A stretch of DNA of 64,000 nucleotides from Chloroflexota bacterium (GTDB lineage: Bacteria; Chloroflexota; UBA11872; VXOZ01). Shown in pieces: positions 59,530 through 64,000 of this stretch. Position 1 is the stretch's first letter. Each line of letters begins with the position of its first letter. The position numbers and the translations under genes are program-made. The notes under the pieces are model-generated. The model was not told the origin of the DNA. It did not search any database and saw only the letters and a list, made by a program, of their open reading frames with translations. The stretch covers positions 811,879 through 875,878 of the forward strand of contig OZ253463.1 in NCBI GenBank assembly GCA_965261635.1, given 5' to 3'.

Positions 59530-61104
59530 CTAGCTGTCAAGATAGACCTGGCTTAGCCATGGTCGGGCGGTGGCTGAGAGTTGAACATCCCCCAGCCAAG
59601 GCTTGACTAGCAAGTAAGACTTGCTGTGCCACAAGGGGGTGACCGGTGCATCTGTTGCCACACGCTGCTCGATAGTAGAAATAGTTGCCAGTCGCCGGTC
59701 CCTGTTGCGCTCGCCACGTGCTTCCAGCAGGAGCGCGTCCACTTCCTGGCTGACGTAGCCGCTATAGTTCGACAAGCTGTTTGAACGAAAGAGCGGATCA
59801 AGCACAGCTATCGGGTCCGGAAAGTCGGCATGCCATGTGAAGAGAAAGAGCTGGTATGGATTATCTCGCTTGTCAAGATTGCTGACAAAGGTAGTCCAGG
59901 GCTCGCGCTGGATACGAATGGGCGCGCCGAGATGTTGTTGAAACATATTGATCAGCGCTAAGACCTGCGGCGGCGCGGGACCGCGCGTGCCCGGCACGGT
60001 AAACGTAATCTCCGGCAAATTGCCTACGTCGCCGTATCGAGAGTCAGCCAGGGCTTGTCGTGCCTTGGAGACATCGAAAGCTGCCGATGAACTCTCGCCG
60101 GATTGCGCCAGTGAAGGCAAGAGCAGCGAGTCGGCCTTGCCCACGGTTAGAGAGAATATCTGCTCGACGATGGCGGCACGATCGATAGCCATGGCGAAGG
60201 CTTGGCGCACCCTCTCGTCATCGAAAGGCGGGATGCGGTTGTTCATAGCAAGATACGTCATGTCGAGGCCGTCGTAGACATTCAAGTCTTTATTCAGCGG
60301 ATTGTTCCTATCGAGAACCAGCGGTATGTCATTTGCGCCTACATAGAGAATGTCAAGCGTGTCTTGCGCATACTGATCGAGCGAATCCGCATCGACGCCA
60401 CCAGTGATTTCTATGCGATCGAGCATCGGTTCGAAGCCATAGAAGTCTTCATTTCGGGCGAGAGTGAGCACTTTGCCGGGGACCCAGTCGACTACGGCAA
60501 ATGGGCCGCTGCCCACCGGCGGAGCTTCTCCCACGATCCCTCCAGGTGGCTGGACATAGGTAATGGGATGGGTCAGTCTTGCCGCAAACGCAAGATCGAT
60601 TTCAGAAAGCTCGACCTCAAGGCTACGTGTATCGGTGGCGCGGATGCCGCTGATTTCTTTCGTCAGTCCGTTGCGGTAGGGGGATACGCCTGTTATCTTG
60701 CCGAGAAACCGGAGCGCCGCCGGCGATTCGATTTGTGGGTCGAGCGAACGCTGCCACGTCTCCTTGAGGAGTTCTGCCGTGAGCTTCTCTCCGTTATGAA
60801 AGCGAACGTCCGACCGCAAGGGAAATTGGTAGGTACGACCGTCCGGAGAGATTGACCAACGCTGCGCTATGTCTGGGATTGGCTCGCCTTCAGCATTTAG
60901 CGTGACGAGGCCGCTGTACACGTTCACGGCCAACTGCGCGTCCAGGTCGTTCTGCAGTGCCGACGGGTCGAGATCGTCAGGCAGCGGCATTTGAATTCGC
61001 ACTGTCCCGCCGGACCGGTCGTCGCCGCAGGCCGCGAGCAACGGCATCAGCATTCCCGCGAGAATGCCTGAAAAGGCGCCTGCAAATAGGGTGCGGCGTT
61101 GCAC
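59530..61104 (-). CDS. ABC transporter substrate-binding lipoprotein, family 5 (peptide/nickel type)
   Basis: Lipobox LLAACGDD. SBP_bac_5 architecture, 524 aa. Confidence 0.75.
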   Translation of the reverse strand: MQRRTLFAGAFSGILAGMLMPLLAACGDDRSGGTVRIQMPLPDDLDPSALQNDLDAQLAVNVYSGLVTLNAEGEPIPDIAQRWSISPDGRTYQFPLRSDVRFHNGEKLTAELLKETWQRSLDPQIESPAALRFLGKITGVSPYRNGLTKEISGIRATDTRSLEVELSEIDLAFAARLTHPITYVQPPGGIVGEAPPVGSGPFAVVDWVPGKVLTLARNEDFYGFEPMLDRIEITGGVDADSLDQYAQDTLDILYVGANDIPLVLDRNNPLNKDLNVYDGLDMTYLAMNNRIPPFDDERVRQAFAMAIDRAAIVEQIFSLTVGKADSLLLPSLAQSGESSSAAFDVSKARQALADSRYGDVGNLPEITFTVPGTRGPAPPQVLALINMFQQHLGAPIRIQREPWTTFVSNLDKRDNPYQLFLFTWHADFPDPIAVLDPLFRSNSLSNYSGYVSQEVDALLLEARGERNRDRRLATISTIEQRVATDAPVTPLWHSKSYLLVKPWLGDVQLSATARPWLSQVYLDS

Positions 61105-61533
61105 TAGGCGCTACTCCCCGTGCGTGTGTGCGTGGCCCGCCAAAACTCAGCTTGGCAGAAAGGCGCCAAAGGCGGCTCTCTTTCAGGGAACATGCTTGTA
61201 TGCGGCCAACTGCGTTGCATGGTTCTTTTCCACTGAGAAGACTAGAATATTCGTGTCACTCTTCTGCAAGAATGCCGTACTACGCTTAAGACGAGATGAG
61301 ACGAGGCGAGACAGATGCCATTCCATGCCGGCTGGAACGACGCAAGCACAACGAACTGGTTCTGCACCGGATCCTGTCCGCATGCTGGCTCATTAGAGAA
61401 CGAGGCAAAGCCATAGTTAGAGGTCTGCCTTCTCGTAAGCGGAGAAATGCGTGGAGATTCTCCAAGCGCTTTTCACAAGAGCGCGGTCATTGTCCCTTTC
61501 GTATAATATGCGCTGAGAACCCATGCTGTCGAG

Positions 61534-61540
61534 AGGAGAA
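61534..61540 (+). promoter_or_regulatory. Shine-Dalgarno (AGGAGAA) for the aldo/keto reductase gene
   Basis: gagaggagaaatgcttgATG. A possible -10 TATAAT sits at 61503-61508, but no convincing -35 was found. Confidence 0.4.
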
Positions 61541-61547
61541 ATGCTTG

Positions 61548-62489
61548 ATGCTCTATCGAACGTTGGGACGTACGGGTCTGCGGGTATCGTTGCTTGGCAT
61601 TGGCACCGGCGGGCCGAGCAACTTCGGACAGAGTACAGGCGTGCCGGAGGCAGATATTCATCGTCTCGTAAAGCGGGCGCTCGACGTTGGGGTGAATATC
61701 TTCGATACCGCCGCTGGGTACCGCGATAGTGAAGCAATCCTGGGGCGGGCGCTTAAGGGTGTGCCCCGCGACCGCTACTACTTGGCTACGAAATTCACCC
61801 CCGAGCGTGAAGAGGAAGTCGTTAAGCCGGAGGACGTGGTGGCTTCGGTAGAGCGCAGCCTCACCCGCTTGCGTACGGAAGCTGTCGACGTACTGCAATT
61901 CCATGGCGTGCGTCCGCAGCGGTATCGAGCCGTGATGGAGCGCCTACTGCCCACGGTGTTGAAGTTGCGGGACCAAGGTAAGTGCCGTTGGATCGGCATC
62001 ACTGAGCAATACGGCGAAGACGGGGGACACGAAACGCTGCAGATGGCGCTGGAGGACGACTACTTCGCTACCGCAATGGTGGGCTACAACATGCTCAATC
62101 AAAGCGCCGACAGCTTGGTGTACCCGCAGTGTCTGGAACACAACGTTGGGGTGTTCATCATGTTCGCCGTGCGGCGCGTGCTCGCCTCGCCCGCGCGTCT
62201 CGAGCAGACTATCGCCGACTTAAAGCAGCGGGGTCTCGTTGCGCCGGATGCAGTGCCGGATCGGCAGTCTCTTGATTGGCTGATTCATGGCAATGTGGAT
62301 TCCATAGCGAGCGCTGCGTACAAATTCACCGCTATGCACCCGGCTGTTAGTACTGTGTTGAGCGGTACCGCCAATCCGGAGCACTTCGAGAGCAACCTGC
62401 GCGCGCTTGAAGATCCCGTGATGCCGGAAGCCGACTACGCGCGTTTGCAGGAGCTCTTCGGGCACATCACCGATCCTATTGGGAATTAG
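61548..62489 (+). CDS. Aldo/keto reductase
   Basis: N-terminal MLYRTLGRTGLRVSLLGIGT...DTAAGY motif. GAGAGGAG ribosome-binding site 9 nt upstream of the ATG at 61548. The ORF track begins at 61296 with an unlikely leader. Confidence 0.8.
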   Translation: MLYRTLGRTGLRVSLLGIGTGGPSNFGQSTGVPEADIHRLVKRALDVGVNIFDTAAGYRDSEAILGRALKGVPRDRYYLATKFTPEREEEVVKPEDVVASVERSLTRLRTEAVDVLQFHGVRPQRYRAVMERLLPTVLKLRDQGKCRWIGITEQYGEDGGHETLQMALEDDYFATAMVGYNMLNQSADSLVYPQCLEHNVGVFIMFAVRRVLASPARLEQTIADLKQRGLVAPDAVPDRQSLDWLIHGNVDSIASAAYKFTAMHPAVSTVLSGTANPEHFESNLRALEDPVMPEADYARLQELFGHITDPIGN

Positions 62490-62523
62490 CCTCGAGCCGG
62501 CGAAGATAGTTGGCTGTGGCGGT

Positions 62524-63417
62524 TTACTCCCAGCGACCGAAGTGAGGGAGCTGCCTCGTCAGGGCGAGCAGCGGGCGGGCCAATGCGGGTAGATGGGGCA
62601 CGGCCGGAGCATCCGTGCGGCCCGTGTCTTCTGCCCGATGCAGGTCTTTATAGAGCATGTAGGCGGCGGGCATGAGGAGCGGGCGAATGAGCTGAATGGC
62701 AGCCCACGTGAGGTCGGGCAAGGCGATCAGAAATAGTGCCTGTTGCGCAGACGGAAGCGCGAGGAGCAACCCGCCTGCCACGAGTCCCAGCGGGAGCGCG
62801 ATCGGTGCGCTTGCGAGCACGAGCGTGCCGAGACAGACCCAGAAGGAGCGGCCGCTCAGACGCCACGACTCGATGGTAGCAACTGTTCCCGGCAGATCGC
62901 CGTGCACGGCAAGGAAGGGCGCCAGCAAAGTGCGTGTGTGAATGGCAAGCGCAACACCGCCCGTGGCAACCCACCAGATACCGTCTGCAAACGGCTGGAT
63001 ACTTTCGCCAAGCGGGACCACGTCTTGCTGTCCGGCATGGAGCCAGACCAGGACGCTGAATGGTATCCAGAAGATGAGGCTTGTATGGGCATTGGTCCAA
63101 AGGTAGCGAAAAACCCATTGCAACGCCAGCCGGCTTGCTTGCACGACACCGATCTCGCGTCCCTGCGCGTGGTATGCCACCATCACCATGACTGTGAGCG
63201 CCCCAAGCACGACCGTAATGGAGCGCAGGACATAAAGCAACGCATGCTCCCACACATTGGGCTCGGGGATGAGCAGGGCCAACAGTGCGGCGAGCAACGA
63301 CGGCAAGACGTAGAGCGCAGTGAGCAGCGCGTACGTGTTTCGGTGGCGATTCGCCAGAAAAAAGCCGCGTGAGACGTAACGCCATGCAGGGCTCGAATAA
63401 GCGAGAAGTGTACTCAA
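62524..63417 (-). CDS. Hypothetical polytopic membrane protein
   Basis: 297 aa with about 7 hydrophobic helices. No recognised motifs. Confidence 0.5.
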   Translation of the reverse strand: MSTLLAYSSPAWRYVSRGFFLANRHRNTYALLTALYVLPSLLAALLALLIPEPNVWEHALLYVLRSITVVLGALTVMVMVAYHAQGREIGVVQASRLALQWVFRYLWTNAHTSLIFWIPFSVLVWLHAGQQDVVPLGESIQPFADGIWWVATGGVALAIHTRTLLAPFLAVHGDLPGTVATIESWRLSGRSFWVCLGTLVLASAPIALPLGLVAGGLLLALPSAQQALFLIALPDLTWAAIQLIRPLLMPAAYMLYKDLHRAEDTGRTDAPAVPHLPALARPLLALTRQLPHFGRWE

Positions 63418-63602
63418 CGCACCGTAATCCTCACGTGTCTTAGAAGTTCGATTCCCTGAAGAAAGAGTAGCATAGGGCTGATGGGGGCGGGCACATGTGC
63501 GTAGGGTCGTGGCGTTTATTGCGCGAGTTGCATTAGACGCCTAGGCAGGCCCTTGTAACCGTGATGAAGATCCCCTGCTTGCGAAGAGCAGAGGTGTAGA
63601 CC

Positions 63603-64000
63603 TTAGGTCGGTTCATCAATCTTGTTTATGCGATCTATGATCTCCGAAAGGCGTGACCAACTCTGAAGCGTCACGGGCAGGACTAAGGCGGATTCAACGA
63701 ACTCCCAAGAGTAGCTGATGATGGAAAAGATCCTGCCGACGGTGATCTCCAAGTTCGTCGTCGCGAACCAAAGATTGAAGACGATCAGGCCAAGCATCAG
63801 TGTGTAGATCGCGCCGTAGACAAAGGCTTCCGTGTCCGACAGTCTGATCCCAATTCGGCGTAGCTTATTCAGATGGGACAGAATGCCTGCGGGATGTGCT
63901 GACTCTAGAATGCGGACTTGCTGTTCCGTCTGCTGGTTATACTCGGCGTTCAGTCGATAGAAGCGTCGGTGGGAAACGGCATAGAATACGATCATCAGGA
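63603..64000 (-). CDS. ABC exporter transmembrane-domain protein, C-terminal end (N-terminus beyond the window). It stops where a nucleotide-binding domain would normally begin
   Basis: The translated tail resembles TM5-TM6 and the post-TM6 linker of MsbA-type ABC exporters (…LTVGRIFSII.Y…SRLSEIIDRINKIDEPT*). No NBD follows within the next 190 nt or in the adjacent gene. Confidence 0.4.
   Translation of the reverse strand, partial: LMIVFYAVSHRRFYRLNAEYNQQTEQQVRILESAHPAGILSHLNKLRRIGIRLSDTEAFVYGAIYTLMLGLIVFNLWFATTNLEITVGRIFSIISYSWEFVESALVLPVTLQSWSRLSEIIDRINKIDEPT

Overview
This is a high-GC (about 60-65% by eye) bacterial chromosomal segment; the organism is unknown. Housekeeping and transport genes are interrupted by several lower-GC accessory insertions.

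Core content:
- a six-gene minus-strand LivFGMH-type ABC importer operon with two tandem paralogous substrate-binding-protein genes
- three tandem paralogous mono-haem cytochrome c genes
- ispE, rplI-dnaB, ybeY
- a five-gene glycosyltransferase/sugar-transferase cluster
- SulP and NCS2 permeases, an ABC-2 exporter pair, a family-5 ABC substrate-binding protein
- two formamidase/acetamidase paralogs, D-aminoacylase, sulfatase, and GMC, Gfo/Idh/MocA, aldo/keto-reductase and nitrilase-family enzymes
- one tRNA-Val(CAC)

Accessory and defence-like content is dense:
- two adjacent HigB/HigA toxin-antitoxin cassettes at the 3' end of livF, with a degenerate duplicated livF 3' fragment between them
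- a low-GC two-gene module encoding an ABC-like AAA ATPase (AAA_21/DUF3696-type) translationally coupled to a PIN-domain nuclease. This is the strongest candidate for an undescribed anti-phage system, architecturally analogous to Septu, Gabija, PARIS and OLD.
- a GmrSD-like (DUF262+DUF1524) type IV restriction enzyme
- a Fic/Doc protein next to an MNT gene plus a truncated HEPN remnant
- a HepT(frameshifted)/MntA pair
- an orphan HigA-like HTH
- a low-GC TPR-protein plus hypothetical-protein pair
- a membrane-anchored TIMP/NTR-like putative metalloprotease inhibitor whose mature N-terminus starts Cys-x-Cys

Three genes carry frameshifts: a sensor histidine kinase, a K+ channel (in a G5 homopolymer) and hepT. 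These are either pseudogenes or sequencing errors. No CRISPR array, rRNA, transposase or integrase was recognised.
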